The notes: generated by a model not told the origin, from the sequence alone. Positions 30,102 to 40,757 are shown, counted from the first letter of the stretch. The stretch: 64,000 nucleotides of DNA from Promethearchaeota archaeon (GCA_019058245.1 JAHPZJ010000015.1:32001-96000); one strand, 5' to 3'. A program made the numbers and translations.

Positions 30102-30590
30102 ATGTCGAAAGTATTAATTGTATATTATTCTCTCACAGGTAATACTAAATTAATTGCAGAAGCAATAACAGAGTCAATAAATGCAGATGTTCTTGAATTA
30201 AAACCTGTGAAAGAACTCAATGCTGAAAGTGGGATGAAATACTTTTGGGGCGGTTTCCAAGCAACAATGAAAAGAAAACCCAAATTAAAAGATTTTGATA
30301 TCGATCCACTAATCTATGATTTAATTATTATTGGAACACCCGTATGGGCGTGGACATATTCTCCACCAATTCGTTCTTTCTTGTCAAAATTTGATCTATC
30401 AAGTAAGAAAGTGGCACTCTGGACAAGTAGTGATGGAGATGGTGTAAAAGCAATGAGTAGATTTAAAAATACTCTAAGGAATAGTAATATCATTGGTGAA
30501 ATCAGTTTTATATCTCCAAAAAAGCATGGAGTAGACGAAGCCAAAGAAAAAGCAATAGCTTGGGCAAATGAGATTATTCAGAATATATAA
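30102..30590 (+). CDS. Flavodoxin-like protein
   Basis: YYSLTGNT, GTPVWA. Confidence 0.88.
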   Translation: MSKVLIVYYSLTGNTKLIAEAITESINADVLELKPVKELNAESGMKYFWGGFQATMKRKPKLKDFDIDPLIYDLIIIGTPVWAWTYSPPIRSFLSKFDLSSKKVALWTSSDGDGVKAMSRFKNTLRNSNIIGEISFISPKKHGVDEAKEKAIAWANEIIQNI

Positions 30591-30609
30591 ATTATGAGAG
30601 TGTTATAGA

Positions 30610-31386
30610 ATGGGACAACGCAAGAAATCATTTAAATTCAGAAAACTTTTGATGTTCTTATGGCTAATTGCTTTACCCATCACGTTTAATTGGATGTCGC
30701 CTGTTCTCATTATAATGGGAGGCTTTGAAGGTTATATTACAATAAGCTTCATTGTCTTTGCTACTTGGTTCATTTCATCATTATTTTTCGGTAGAGCTTT
30801 TTGTGCATATGGGTGTCAATGGGGAGCAGTTCAAGAAGTTCTAGGGGATACAATACCAAAGAAATTAGATCCCACTAAAAAAAAGAAAAGAAGGAAGATT
30901 AAATATATTGTCTTTATTGTTTGGATTGCTTTTATTGCTTTAGGACCAATATTAAATTTAGGATATCAATATGGATTTAGTCCATTTTATCCAACTCCCG
31001 AAGATCCTACAGCAATAATTTCATGGAATGAATTTGCAATTGGAATGTTGATTTTCTATTTTGGAATTATTGGATCGGTAGCGATTCTATTTACAATAGT
31101 AGGAGGAAAACGATCTTTTTGTAATTATGCGTGTCCTATGGGAGTTTTAGGAGTTATAGGGACAAAAATCAAAAATGCCTTTAAATACCCTTCCCTCCAC
31201 TTAGAAGTAAATAATGAAAAATGCACTCAGTGTAAGCAATGTTCAAAAACATGTGAGATGGGGCTTGATGTCAATGAATTAGTACAAAAAGGAGATATGT
31301 ATGATCCAGATTGTATTCTATGCGGCAGTTGTATTTCTAATTGCCCTCAGGATGTTATAAATTATGCATTGAAATGGAGAAAGTAA
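30610..31386 (+). CDS. Membrane 4Fe-4S protein (NapH/MauN-like)
   Basis: GRAFCAYGC, FCNYACPMG, two CxxCxxCxxxC motifs. Confidence 0.85.
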   Translation: MGQRKKSFKFRKLLMFLWLIALPITFNWMSPVLIIMGGFEGYITISFIVFATWFISSLFFGRAFCAYGCQWGAVQEVLGDTIPKKLDPTKKKKRRKIKYIVFIVWIAFIALGPILNLGYQYGFSPFYPTPEDPTAIISWNEFAIGMLIFYFGIIGSVAILFTIVGGKRSFCNYACPMGVLGVIGTKIKNAFKYPSLHLEVNNEKCTQCKQCSKTCEMGLDVNELVQKGDMYDPDCILCGSCISNCPQDVINYALKWRK

Positions 31387-31743
31387 AAATCTTTAATAAA
31401 TATCTTTCATTTTTTATTTAAAATTTTTTTTATACAAATGTCAAGAGATAGAGAATATATAGTGCTCTATATTGTATTTTAATTTACATTTTTCACATAG
31501 AATAAAGCAATTACATTGAAAAGCTGTTTTTAGTTATTTTTTATTAAGGGTATATAAAAAATAATAAGATAATGCAAGTACAAGCAGAAATAATTCAACT
31601 CACATGGGTACCTTGCACTAAATGCAAGTGGATTTTTAATGCAAAAATTACAACAGACATCCTTCATCATCCAAGTTTTTATTTTAGATAGATTAAAAAT
31701 ACTTCTTCTTCATAACCTTTTTATTTGAATTTTAATTATCTTT

Positions 31744-31770
31744 ATCGATATGTACAGTCATACATATCAT
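31744..31770. promoter_or_regulatory. ModE-like operator upstream of tupA
   Basis: ATCGATATGTA-cagtca-TACATATCAT: perfect 8-bp arms with 6-nt spacer, similar to the ModE consensus CGNTATATA-N6-TATATANCG. Confidence 0.65.
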
Positions 31771-31819
31771 TAATCTTTAATTTATAAAATAACTAAAACA
31801 AAAAATAGGAAATTATAAA

Positions 31820-32854
31820 ATGTCATCAAGAAGACCATTAAAAGAATTTGTAGGTGATCATAAAACAGCTATTATATTAGCAATTATAATCATTGTGGGA
31901 GGTTCAGTTGGAACATATTTTGTTATTGATTATTTGAATGCTCAAAATCCAGAAAAAATAACATTAGCAACAACAACATCTACATATGATTCAGGACTAT
32001 TAGATTATTTATTACCTAAATTTACTGAACAGACGGGAATTCAAATTAAAGTATTATCAGTAGGGACAGGAACCGCTATTCAATATGGGAAAGATGGGAA
32101 TGTAGATGTAATTTTGGTTCATTCAAGGTCAAGAGAAGATGATTTTGTTAATGCTAGTCTTGGTGTTGGTGGAGTCCCATATGGAATCTATCGTGCATGT
32201 GTTATGTATAACGATTTTATTATAGTAGGACATGAATCTAATCCTGCTAATTTACATCCTGGTGAAAACATAATAACAGTCATGACAAAATTAAGAGATG
32301 CTATAGATAATGGAAATATGACCTTTTATTCTAGAGGAGATGGTTCGGGGACTCATTCAAAAGAACTAGCCTTATGGAACCTAATTGGAGTGGACCCAGA
32401 AACAAGATGGAAAAATCAACCAGATAAGTATTCTGAAACTGGAGAAGGTATGGGAACCACATTATTAATAACATATGAGGATGCTGAAGCCGCACATGAA
32501 GGATATACAATAATTGATAGAGGTACATGGCTTTCTTTATTTGAACAATATACCACCCTAAAGATATTAGCAGAATCTATTGTTGGTGAAAATTATTTAC
32601 TCAATCCTTATGGGGTTATCCCTATTAATCCTATATTATATCCCCACGTTAAATATGTTTCTGTATGTAGATTTGTTGGCTTTCTAACATCTCCGTATGG
32701 TCAGGATCTAATTGATGCGTATAGAAAAAATAATCAAGTTCTATTTCACGCGGATTTTGGAACTTGTGATCATGATACTGCTTGTACTACTACTGCTGAT
32801 GAAATAACTATATGGAAGCCATATCAAATAGAATTTGCAGATTTAACAGTCTAA
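31820..32854 (+). CDS. tupA: Tungstate ABC transporter substrate-binding protein
   Basis: ATTTSTYDSGLL, VGTG, SRGDGSGTH. Confidence 0.92.
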   Translation: MSSRRPLKEFVGDHKTAIILAIIIIVGGSVGTYFVIDYLNAQNPEKITLATTTSTYDSGLLDYLLPKFTEQTGIQIKVLSVGTGTAIQYGKDGNVDVILVHSRSREDDFVNASLGVGGVPYGIYRACVMYNDFIIVGHESNPANLHPGENIITVMTKLRDAIDNGNMTFYSRGDGSGTHSKELALWNLIGVDPETRWKNQPDKYSETGEGMGTTLLITYEDAEAAHEGYTIIDRGTWLSLFEQYTTLKILAESIVGENYLLNPYGVIPINPILYPHVKYVSVCRFVGFLTSPYGQDLIDAYRKNNQVLFHADFGTCDHDTACTTTADEITIWKPYQIEFADLTV

Positions 32855-32926
32855 TGAATTTTAATAAAATTCATTTTTTTTTAATTTTTTAATACAATAG
32901 TTAAATTAAAAAAAGAAGTTAAAATA

Positions 32927-33622
32927 ATGCCGAATGAAATTATAGAGGGAATATTAGAAGCAATACGTTTAATATTTACCTTTGATCCTGAAGTATGGGG
33001 AGTAATTGAAGTTTCGTTCCGAGTTTCCTTAACCTCAACATTTTTAGCAGCTTTAGTTGCTTTACCAATTGGTTCATTTATAGGACTGAGAAAGTTTAAA
33101 GGGAAAAATGAGATTACAAACTTAATTAATACATTTATGGGATTCCCTCCAGTAGTTATGGGATTATTAATATATTTGTTATTATCAAGAAATGGACCAT
33201 TTGGGGAATTAGGATTATTATATTCAACATCAGCTATGATTATAGCCCAATTTCTTTTAGCAATCCCTATTATTATGGGTACTGCTAAAGCGGCAATAGA
33301 AAGTGTTGATCCAATTTTAAAAGAAACAGTCCTTTCTTTAGGGGCTAATGAACGCCAATTATGGTGGGAATTAATTAAACATTCGAAAAAATCTATTATT
33401 GCTGGATTTCTTGTTGCTTTTGGTCAAGCAATTTCTGAAGTAGGAGCTGTTATAATCGTTGGAGGTAATATTAGATGGGAAACTAGAACCTTTACGACGT
33501 CTATTGTTCTTCAGACTCGTATGGGTGAATTTGGGATGGCAATAGCTTTAGGGGTAATTCTTATCTCTATTACTTTTATAGTCAATTACGGACTTACACG
33601 TTTACAAGCTAGAGTTGATTAA
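32927..33622 (+). CDS. tupB: Tungstate ABC transporter permease
   Basis: MGFPPVVMGL, SEVGAVIIVGGNIRWETR. Confidence 0.92.
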   Translation: MPNEIIEGILEAIRLIFTFDPEVWGVIEVSFRVSLTSTFLAALVALPIGSFIGLRKFKGKNEITNLINTFMGFPPVVMGLLIYLLLSRNGPFGELGLLYSTSAMIIAQFLLAIPIIMGTAKAAIESVDPILKETVLSLGANERQLWWELIKHSKKSIIAGFLVAFGQAISEVGAVIIVGGNIRWETRTFTTSIVLQTRMGEFGMAIALGVILISITFIVNYGLTRLQARVD

Positions 33623-33623
33623 A

Positions 33624-34715
33624 ATGAATTTACTAGAGATTAGAAATATTCACAAAGAATACTATAAAGGAGATAAATCAGCAATCATTGTACTTTCTAA
33701 CATTAATTTCTCTGTTAAAAAAGGAGAATGCTTTATTATAATTGGCCCAAATGGAAGTGGTAAAACTACTTTGTTAAAATTAATAGGATTACTTGAATTA
33801 CCAACTTTTGGACAAATTCTTTATAATAATAAAAATTTAATTAACATTTCAAGAAAGGAAAAAGTTAATTACAGGAGAAAATTCTCATTTGTCCGACAAA
33901 AACCTGTCGTACGGAATACGTCGGTCTTTAATAACATAGCATATGGTTTAAAAGTACGTGGAATGAGAAGTATTGATTATCAAGAGGAGGTGAATGAAAT
34001 TATACAATTTTCTGGGTTAAAGGGTATGGAGAAAAAAAATGCAAGATCTTTATCTGGAGGTGAAATGCAAAGAGTCGCAATAGCAATGAATTTCGTTATT
34101 AGCCCTGAGCTCTACTTATTGGATGAAGTTTCAGCAAATTTAGATTCGATGAATTTAAAGTTATTAGATGATTTTATTATGAGAATAAAACAGGATAAGG
34201 AAAAAACTATTATTATGAGTACACATGATCCTCTTGAAGCAATAAAATATGCAGACCGTATTGCTGTACTTAATAATGGTCAAATAACTCAAATAGGAAG
34301 ACCAAATGAAATTTTCACAGCTCCGAAGGATGAATTTACTGCTCTTTTTGTAGGATATGAAAACATTCTTTATGGATTAGCAGAATTAGATAAAGCAACA
34401 GGATTATCTCAAATTAAAATTAATGATTTAATTATTACAGCTGCAAGTCAACAAGAGGGGGAAGTTAAAGTTTGTATTCGACCAGAAAGTATTGGTATTG
34501 CTAAAGAACCCCCTAAGAACACAAGCTATAGAAATACCTTCAAAGGATTTATTGAAAATATCCGAGAACTTGGAAATATTTGTCATTTAATCGTAAGATG
34601 TCAATCAGAGAAATTTTTAATAACCATAACTGAGCTTTCTCGAAAAAATCTAAAGTTAGAAATAGATTCTGAGGTCTTTATCAATTTTAAAGCAACAGAT
34701 GTTAAAATATTATAA
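33624..34715 (+). CDS. tupC: Tungstate ABC transporter ATPase with TOBE domain
   Basis: GPNGSGKT, LSGGEMQR, C-terminal FKATDV. Confidence 0.85.
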   Translation: MNLLEIRNIHKEYYKGDKSAIIVLSNINFSVKKGECFIIIGPNGSGKTTLLKLIGLLELPTFGQILYNNKNLINISRKEKVNYRRKFSFVRQKPVVRNTSVFNNIAYGLKVRGMRSIDYQEEVNEIIQFSGLKGMEKKNARSLSGGEMQRVAIAMNFVISPELYLLDEVSANLDSMNLKLLDDFIMRIKQDKEKTIIMSTHDPLEAIKYADRIAVLNNGQITQIGRPNEIFTAPKDEFTALFVGYENILYGLAELDKATGLSQIKINDLIITAASQQEGEVKVCIRPESIGIAKEPPKNTSYRNTFKGFIENIRELGNICHLIVRCQSEKFLITITELSRKNLKLEIDSEVFINFKATDVKIL

Positions 34716-34751
34716 ATAAATTTTTAAGAAATTTCAATTTAATTTAAATAA

Positions 34752-34775
34752 CGTTATGTTTACAAGAAAATATCG
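34752..34775. promoter_or_regulatory. Second, degenerate ModE-like box upstream of moaC
   Basis: CGTTATGTT-tacaag-AAAATATCG. Confidence 0.45.
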
Positions 34776-34799
34776 AAGATTTTAACATCTTTAACGAAA

Positions 34800-35228
34800 A
34801 TGATCGATATATCTGAAAAAAATACAATTACTAGGATTGCGATAGCGTCTGGCAAGATTAAATTAAAAAAAGAGACAATTGAACGGATTATTAATAAACA
34901 AGTTGAAAAAGGAGATGCATTTACTATTGCGAAAGTCTCTGCTATCAATGCGGTTAAAAAAGTCCCAGAATTAATTCCTTTCTGTCATCCAATCCCTATA
35001 ACAAATGTGAATGTAAATTTTGAAATTAATGGTCAACTAATTAAAGTAATATGCAGAGTTAAAAGTATTGCGAAAACTGGTGTTGAAATGGAAGCACTAA
35101 CGGGAGTTAGTATCGCACTTTTAAATTTGTGGGATATTATCAAAATGTATGAAAAGGATAAAGATGGGCAATATCCATCGACTCAAATCTATGATCTAAA
35201 AGTCGAAGAGAAGATAAAAAGGCAGTGA
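34800..35228 (+). CDS. moaC: Cyclic pyranopterin monophosphate synthase
   Basis: MIDISEK, LIPFCHP, TGVEMEAL. Confidence 0.95.
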   Translation: MIDISEKNTITRIAIASGKIKLKKETIERIINKQVEKGDAFTIAKVSAINAVKKVPELIPFCHPIPITNVNVNFEINGQLIKVICRVKSIAKTGVEMEALTGVSIALLNLWDIIKMYEKDKDGQYPSTQIYDLKVEEKIKRQ

Positions 35229-35237
35229 TTTTAGAAT

Positions 35238-36158
35238 ATGAAAGATAAAAGCAATAGAGAAATTAAACACATCAGATTTTCTATAACATCAAAGTGTAAT
35301 TATAATTGCATTTACTGTGATCAAGAAGGCTTTATACCCAAAACTTCAGAATTGACTGTAGAGGAGATAACAAAGTTATGCAAAATATTAGCCGAAATCT
35401 TAAATGTTACTAGAATAAAATTTACTGGTGGAGAACCTTTATGCCGAGAAGAGATTATACAAATAATTAAGAATGTAGCTGATTTGCATTTATATAAAGA
35501 TATCTCTATTACTACCAATGGATTCTTATTATTTAACAAAGCAGAAGAATTATATAAAGCAGGATTGAATCGAATAAATGTATCACTTTGTTCGCTAATA
35601 CCAGAAGTATATAAAAAGATTTATGGTTCGGATTCATTAAAGGAGGTGCTAAAGGGATTAAAAAAAGCAAAAGAAGTTGGATTTAATTCGATAAAATTAA
35701 ATTTTGTTGTAATGAAAGGGTTAAATGATAATGAATTAGAATCTATGTTAGAATTTTGTAGTAAAAATGGATATATCTTACAATTAATTGAATTACACAA
35801 GGTTTCAGATTCAGTAGGTGGAAATGGTGAATTTTATGAGAAATATCATCTTGATCTTAAACCCATTGTTGAAGATCTTGAATCAAAATCTAAAAAAATA
35901 AAGATAAGAGGCTCTATGCAAAATCGGAAAGTATTAACTTTAGCAAATTCAGCAATAGTTGAAACTATTGTTCCTAGTCATGAATTTTGTATGGGCTGTA
36001 CAAAACTACGTGTGGGGTGTGATGGAAATCTTTTTGGTTGTTTGTATAGATCAGACCTAGGAAAAAATATTAAGGACGCTATTCGAAATCATCATTCATT
36101 ATCTAAATATGAACAAATAGTCAAGCAAGTGGTAGATTCACGAGAGCCTTATTATTAG
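35238..36158 (+). CDS. moaA: GTP 3',8-cyclase (radical SAM)
   Basis: CNYNCIYC, TGGEPL, FCMGC...GCL. Confidence 0.93.
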   Translation: MKDKSNREIKHIRFSITSKCNYNCIYCDQEGFIPKTSELTVEEITKLCKILAEILNVTRIKFTGGEPLCREEIIQIIKNVADLHLYKDISITTNGFLLFNKAEELYKAGLNRINVSLCSLIPEVYKKIYGSDSLKEVLKGLKKAKEVGFNSIKLNFVVMKGLNDNELESMLEFCSKNGYILQLIELHKVSDSVGGNGEFYEKYHLDLKPIVEDLESKSKKIKIRGSMQNRKVLTLANSAIVETIVPSHEFCMGCTKLRVGCDGNLFGCLYRSDLGKNIKDAIRNHHSLSKYEQIVKQVVDSREPYY

Positions 36159-36183
36159 GGATTATTAAAAACTAGGCAAAATT

Positions 36184-36462
36184 ATGATTATAGAAATACT
36201 CTACTTTGCTGAAATTAAGGAGATTACTAAAAAAGAAAGAGAAAGATTTCAAATATCAGAGAGCAATTTAAAGGCATTATTAAATGTTTTATTTGAAAAA
36301 TATGAATTAAAGAATATAATTTGGGATGAAAAGAGTCAAAAAATACATAATCTAATATCTGTCGTAATAAATAACCAAGTAATCCAGAAGAAAGATCCAC
36401 TATTTATTAATTTAAATGACGGAGATACAATTGCTTTCTTATTACCTGTATCAGGAGGTTAA
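36184..36462 (+). CDS. moaD: MoaD/SAMP ubiquitin-like sulfur carrier
   Basis: YFA...C-terminal PVSGG. Confidence 0.9.
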   Translation: MIIEILYFAEIKEITKKERERFQISESNLKALLNVLFEKYELKNIIWDEKSQKIHNLISVVINNQVIQKKDPLFINLNDGDTIAFLLPVSGG

Positions 36463-36468
36463 AACGTT

Positions 36469-36918
36469 ATGAGTATTAATGAAAATTATTCAATTAAATC
36501 AGGAATATACAACAAAGGAGAAATCAATTTAGAAAGAATTATTGAATCGGTAAAAAAAAGTCCTGAAATAAAAAAAGCTGGATCTATTCACACATTTACC
36601 GGAATTGTAAGAGAAAGCTCTGTAAATGGAAAACCTGTAATTAACATGAAAATTGATGCATATAACGAGTTGGCAAATATAAGTATTAATAAGATTTGTG
36701 AAAATTTAAAAAAAGAAAATGGTATAATTGATATTAAAATTATCCATCTAAAAGGAGACTTTAACCTTTCTGAGGATTTAGTTTATGTAGTTGTAGCCTC
36801 AGGTCATAGAAAAGAAGGTTTTAAAGTAATTAGTAAAGCTGTTGATATGTATAAAAAAGAACTTGCTGTATGGAAAAAAGAAATTTTTTCTGATGGAACT
36901 TCAAAGTGGATTCATTAA
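36469..36918 (+). CDS. moaE: Molybdopterin synthase catalytic subunit
   Basis: FTGIVR, SGHRKE, WKKE. Confidence 0.92.
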   Translation: MSINENYSIKSGIYNKGEINLERIIESVKKSPEIKKAGSIHTFTGIVRESSVNGKPVINMKIDAYNELANISINKICENLKKENGIIDIKIIHLKGDFNLSEDLVYVVVASGHRKEGFKVISKAVDMYKKELAVWKKEIFSDGTSKWIH

Positions 36919-36986
36919 AAATGGTATATACAAAATTAACTATTAATTTTTAAAGATATCAAAACTATAAATTGAATGAATATTTA

Positions 36987-38213
36987 ATGAAATTTCTTAA
37001 AACTATTAGTGTAGATGAATTCAAAAACATAATAAATTCAATAGAGAAGTTAACTAAGGATGAAGAGTTCATATCTTTAGAAGAAGCTTTCAATAGGGTT
37101 ACTTCTAAAGATATTACTAGTCCTATAAATGTTCCTCATTTCAGAAAATCACGAATGGATGGATATGCTGTAATAGCAGAGGATACTTTTGGTGCCGAAG
37201 AAGATAATCTTATTGAACTCGAATTGATAGAAATAATTCAAGCAGGAGATGTCCCTCAAAAAGAATTACATAAAGGACAATGTTCTTATGTAGCAACTGG
37301 AGCAGCTATCCCCAAAAATTCAGATGGTATTGTAATGGTTGAGTTCAGTGATAAAAAAGACTCTAAAATCTCAATTTCTACAGCAATAACTCCTGGAACA
37401 CATATCATCGAGATTGGTCATGACGTGAAAAAAGGTGATATTATAGTCAAAAAGGGTAGGTTAATTGACTTAAGTACAATAGGTATCTTGGCATCGTGTG
37501 GTATCAAGAAAGTATCTGTATATAAAAAGCCAATTGTAAGTCTTATTAGCACAGGAAATGAATTAGTAAGTCATGATATAAAAGAATTAGAAATTGGTAA
37601 GATTTATGATATTAATTCTATAGTATTAAAAAAAGCGATTGAAAATACAGGAGTCGAAGTAATTTTTCAGGGTATCATAAAGGATCAATATAATGATTTA
37701 AAAGCAGCTATAAATACTGCTTTAGAGAAGAGTGAAATTGTAATTCTTTCAGGTGGTACCTCTAAAGGTGAAGGTGATTTAGGTCCAAAAGTTTTGGAAG
37801 AATATAATGATATTGAAATTCTAGTTCATGGAGTAAAAATTAAACCAGGAAAACCAATAATTTTTGCAAAATTTAAAAAAAAGATTTTATTTATTTTGCC
37901 AGGATATCCAACTTCGGCACTAAGTTGTTTTTATGTTTTTATTGATAATTTTTTACGGAAAATATCAGGTTTTCCTTTAAGGAATAAATCTTCTAGAATA
38001 ATGGAAACGGGAGAACGGATTTATAGTACAATTGGTCGTCATGAATTTAAAGCTGTCAAAATTCAGAAAGAAAATGGAATTGATAAAATATTTCCCATAA
38101 AAACAGGTTCAGAAGCAATAAGCACTATGTTTTATGCAGATGGATACATAGAAATTGATGAATTAGAATCAATTATAGAAAGAGGAGGTAAAAGAGAAGT
38201 CTTTTTCTTCTAA
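36987..38213 (+). CDS. moeA: Molybdopterin molybdotransferase (copy 1)
   Basis: SRMDGYAV, STGNEL, SGGTS, KPGKP, LPGYP. Confidence 0.92.
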   Translation: MKFLKTISVDEFKNIINSIEKLTKDEEFISLEEAFNRVTSKDITSPINVPHFRKSRMDGYAVIAEDTFGAEEDNLIELELIEIIQAGDVPQKELHKGQCSYVATGAAIPKNSDGIVMVEFSDKKDSKISISTAITPGTHIIEIGHDVKKGDIIVKKGRLIDLSTIGILASCGIKKVSVYKKPIVSLISTGNELVSHDIKELEIGKIYDINSIVLKKAIENTGVEVIFQGIIKDQYNDLKAAINTALEKSEIVILSGGTSKGEGDLGPKVLEEYNDIEILVHGVKIKPGKPIIFAKFKKKILFILPGYPTSALSCFYVFIDNFLRKISGFPLRNKSSRIMETGERIYSTIGRHEFKAVKIQKENGIDKIFPIKTGSEAISTMFYADGYIEIDELESIIERGGKREVFFF

Positions 38214-38248
38214 AAAAGTAATATATAACGAAAAATTATGTGATTCAA

Positions 38249-38809
38249 ATGAAAGATAAGATGTCAGTACCCAAAGAACATAAAGATAAAGCCCCTAAAA
38301 CAATAAATTTAGCTCTCGTAGTAGTTAGTACCAGCAGATTTATTGAAATGAAATCAAAAATAAAAACATCAGATAAAACTATTCCTAAAGTAAAAAAACT
38401 ATTGAATGACAACCCAATCATTTCATTAGAGTATACTGAGATTATACCTGATTCAGAAATCCATATTAACAAGACCTTGACAAAACTAATGAAAAATGAT
38501 AAAGTTGATTCTATTATTTTTAGTGGTGGTACAGGATTATCATCAAAAGACATAACATATGAAACTATAGAACCTCGATTAGAAAAAAAATTTGATGGCT
38601 TTGGAGAACTCTTTAGACATCTTTCTTACAATGAGATTGGTACATCAGCAATGCTATCAAGAGCAACAGCAGGTATTTTAAAAAAAAAAAACCAAAAAAA
38701 AGTTATTTTTTTACTCCCAGGTTCTCCAAATGCGGTAGAGTTAGCATTAAAACAAATTATATTTCCTGAATTAGGGCATATTCTATATTTAATTAATAAG
38801 GAAGAGTGA
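38249..38809 (+). CDS. moaB: Molybdopterin adenylyltransferase MoaB/Mog
   Basis: GGTGLSSKDITYE, GFGELFR, SRATAG, LPGSP. Confidence 0.92.
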   Translation: MKDKMSVPKEHKDKAPKTINLALVVVSTSRFIEMKSKIKTSDKTIPKVKKLLNDNPIISLEYTEIIPDSEIHINKTLTKLMKNDKVDSIIFSGGTGLSSKDITYETIEPRLEKKFDGFGELFRHLSYNEIGTSAMLSRATAGILKKKNQKKVIFLLPGSPNAVELALKQIIFPELGHILYLINKEE

Positions 38810-38815
38810 AATAAT

Positions 38816-40063
38816 TTGGAAAAACTTCATAAAATTGGATTTTCAAAGTTAGCACCTCTAGAAGATACAATTCAAAAATTACTTATGAAGATTAAAGTAA
38901 ATCCACTTGAGGAAATTGAAATTACTAAAGCATTGAACCGAGTTTTAGCTGAGGATATCATTAGTGAAATAGATATTCCCCCTTTTGATAGATCAGCAAT
39001 GGATGGATATGCAATTAAAGCTGAAGATTCATTTGGAGCATCTCTTAAAAATCCAAAAAAGACCAAACTTATAGGAACGATTGAAATCGGAGAATCTTCT
39101 AATCTTAAAATAAATAAAGATGAAGTTGTTAGAATATCTACCGGTGCTCCAATACCCGAAGGATCTGATGCTGTTATTAAAATTGAAGATACAGAAATTG
39201 AAGAAAATATTGTTACTATTTATAATGCTCTAGCCCCAGGAAAAAATGTGTCAAAAAGAGGGGAGGATATAAAGAAAAACGTATTAGCGTTAAATGCAGG
39301 TATCGAATTAAAAGCTGAACACATTGCACTCTTGACTTCCTTAGGATTTAATAAAGTGAAAGTAATTTCTAAACCAAAAATAAGTGTTTTTTCTTCCGGA
39401 GATGAATTAATTGAACCAGGTACACCACTACAATCTGGTAAAATTTATAATTCTAACAAGCCAATGATATCAGCATTAGTAAATCTATATGGTGGAATCG
39501 TCATTCGTGCAGAAAGCATAAAGGATAATAAAGAATCTATCAAAATTAAATTAATTGAATCTGTAGAAGATTCCCATATGATAATTTTTACGGGAGGTAC
39601 TTCTGTCGGTACTAAAGATTATTTACCTGAGATTATTAATGAAATAGGGACTATAATAACACATGGCGTTGCAATGAGACCTGGATCTCCTGTTTTAATT
39701 GGTTTTTTAAATAAATCTTTAATCTTTTGTCTTCCTGGTAGTCCCGGTGCTGCATATATTTCTTTTCTAAAAATTAGTGGACCTGCCATTAGAAAAATGT
39801 TAGGATGTTCTGTGTTAGATCCTAGAATCGAAATAGTGGCTAGGATTGATAAAGATGTTCCTGTTACGGGTTTAGGCATTTTACATTTTTTAAGAGTAAA
39901 ATTAGAAAAACGTGAGAATGAATTTATAGCAATTCCAGTTAAGTTGAAAGGCTCTGGAGTGATTAGTTCTCTTACGGCATCTGATGGAATAATTGAAATC
40001 CCCCCCAATCAAGAAGGATTAAAAAAGGGAGAACAAGTGATTGTCAGACTTTTTCCAAAATAA
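38816..40063 (+). CDS. moeA: Molybdopterin molybdotransferase (copy 2)
   Basis: PPFDRSAMDGYA, SSGDEL, GGTSVG, MRPG, LPGSP. Confidence 0.92.
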   Translation: MEKLHKIGFSKLAPLEDTIQKLLMKIKVNPLEEIEITKALNRVLAEDIISEIDIPPFDRSAMDGYAIKAEDSFGASLKNPKKTKLIGTIEIGESSNLKINKDEVVRISTGAPIPEGSDAVIKIEDTEIEENIVTIYNALAPGKNVSKRGEDIKKNVLALNAGIELKAEHIALLTSLGFNKVKVISKPKISVFSSGDELIEPGTPLQSGKIYNSNKPMISALVNLYGGIVIRAESIKDNKESIKIKLIESVEDSHMIIFTGGTSVGTKDYLPEIINEIGTIITHGVAMRPGSPVLIGFLNKSLIFCLPGSPGAAYISFLKISGPAIRKMLGCSVLDPRIEIVARIDKDVPVTGLGILHFLRVKLEKRENEFIAIPVKLKGSGVISSLTASDGIIEIPPNQEGLKKGEQVIVRLFPK

Positions 40064-40178
40064 TTTAAAATCTATAATTAAAATCCTATTTAATATTCCA
40101 AATATAGAAAAAATTGAATTTTCTTCCCTTAGAACAGTAGATTATATTGATAGAAAAAAAAGAAAGAAAATTATTTTT

Positions 40179-40757
40179 TTAGGGTGTGAAACTCTGAACA
40201 AATAAAGTCATATCTGATACTGTATTTAATGCATTTGTTGACGATACACTTAGGGTTACATTGTGGCTTCCTGCCACCATATTATTTATAAAATGCTGTA
40301 GATTTACTGAAAAATAATCTCTTTGTGAGCCACCATTTAAACTGCCAACAACACTTTTAGGATTTAGAATATTTTCTCCATCTACCTTAAAAAAGAAAAA
40401 TGACCGAGAATACCCCGAAATAGGATAGACTTCTGCAACACCTGTAAAAGAAAGATAAATTGAGGAGGATGAGTTTAACTCGAAGGTTACATTTAAAACT
40501 GATAATTCCAGCACTGTTGTAGCAGGAGAAATTGTGAATACATCTTCATACTCACTATACCACGTTTTATTCGGGCTCGAATAAGTCATATTTTCAAGAT
40601 CTTCTAACTCATCTTGTAATAATGTAATTGTATCCTCAAAATTACCTATTGTTTTTTCCATTGTATTCATTGAGTTCCAAGCTATGAAACCAAAAATTAA
40701 TCCTCCTGCACCAATTATTATTCCTATTAAAGCTAAAACAATTGCGCCTTTTCCCAT
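40179..40757 (-). CDS. Membrane-anchored protein: N-terminal TM, short coiled coil, beta-sandwich domain
   Basis: Hydrophobic N-terminus, heptads, beta-rich C-terminus (AGSHNVTL). Confidence 0.55.
   Translation of the reverse strand: MGKGAIVLALIGIIIGAGGLIFGFIAWNSMNTMEKTIGNFEDTITLLQDELEDLENMTYSSPNKTWYSEYEDVFTISPATTVLELSVLNVTFELNSSSSIYLSFTGVAEVYPISGYSRSFFFFKVDGENILNPKSVVGSLNGGSQRDYFSVNLQHFINNMVAGSHNVTLSVSSTNALNTVSDMTLFVQSFTP

Noticed and set aside
31572-31691. 39-aa ORF with CxxC (MQVQAEIIQLTWVPCTKCKW...)
   Set aside because: Too short, no SD, no second Cys pair; cannot be supported
35238-36158. MoaA lacks the C-terminal GG motif
   Set aside because: The REPY-type ending is normal for archaeal MoaA
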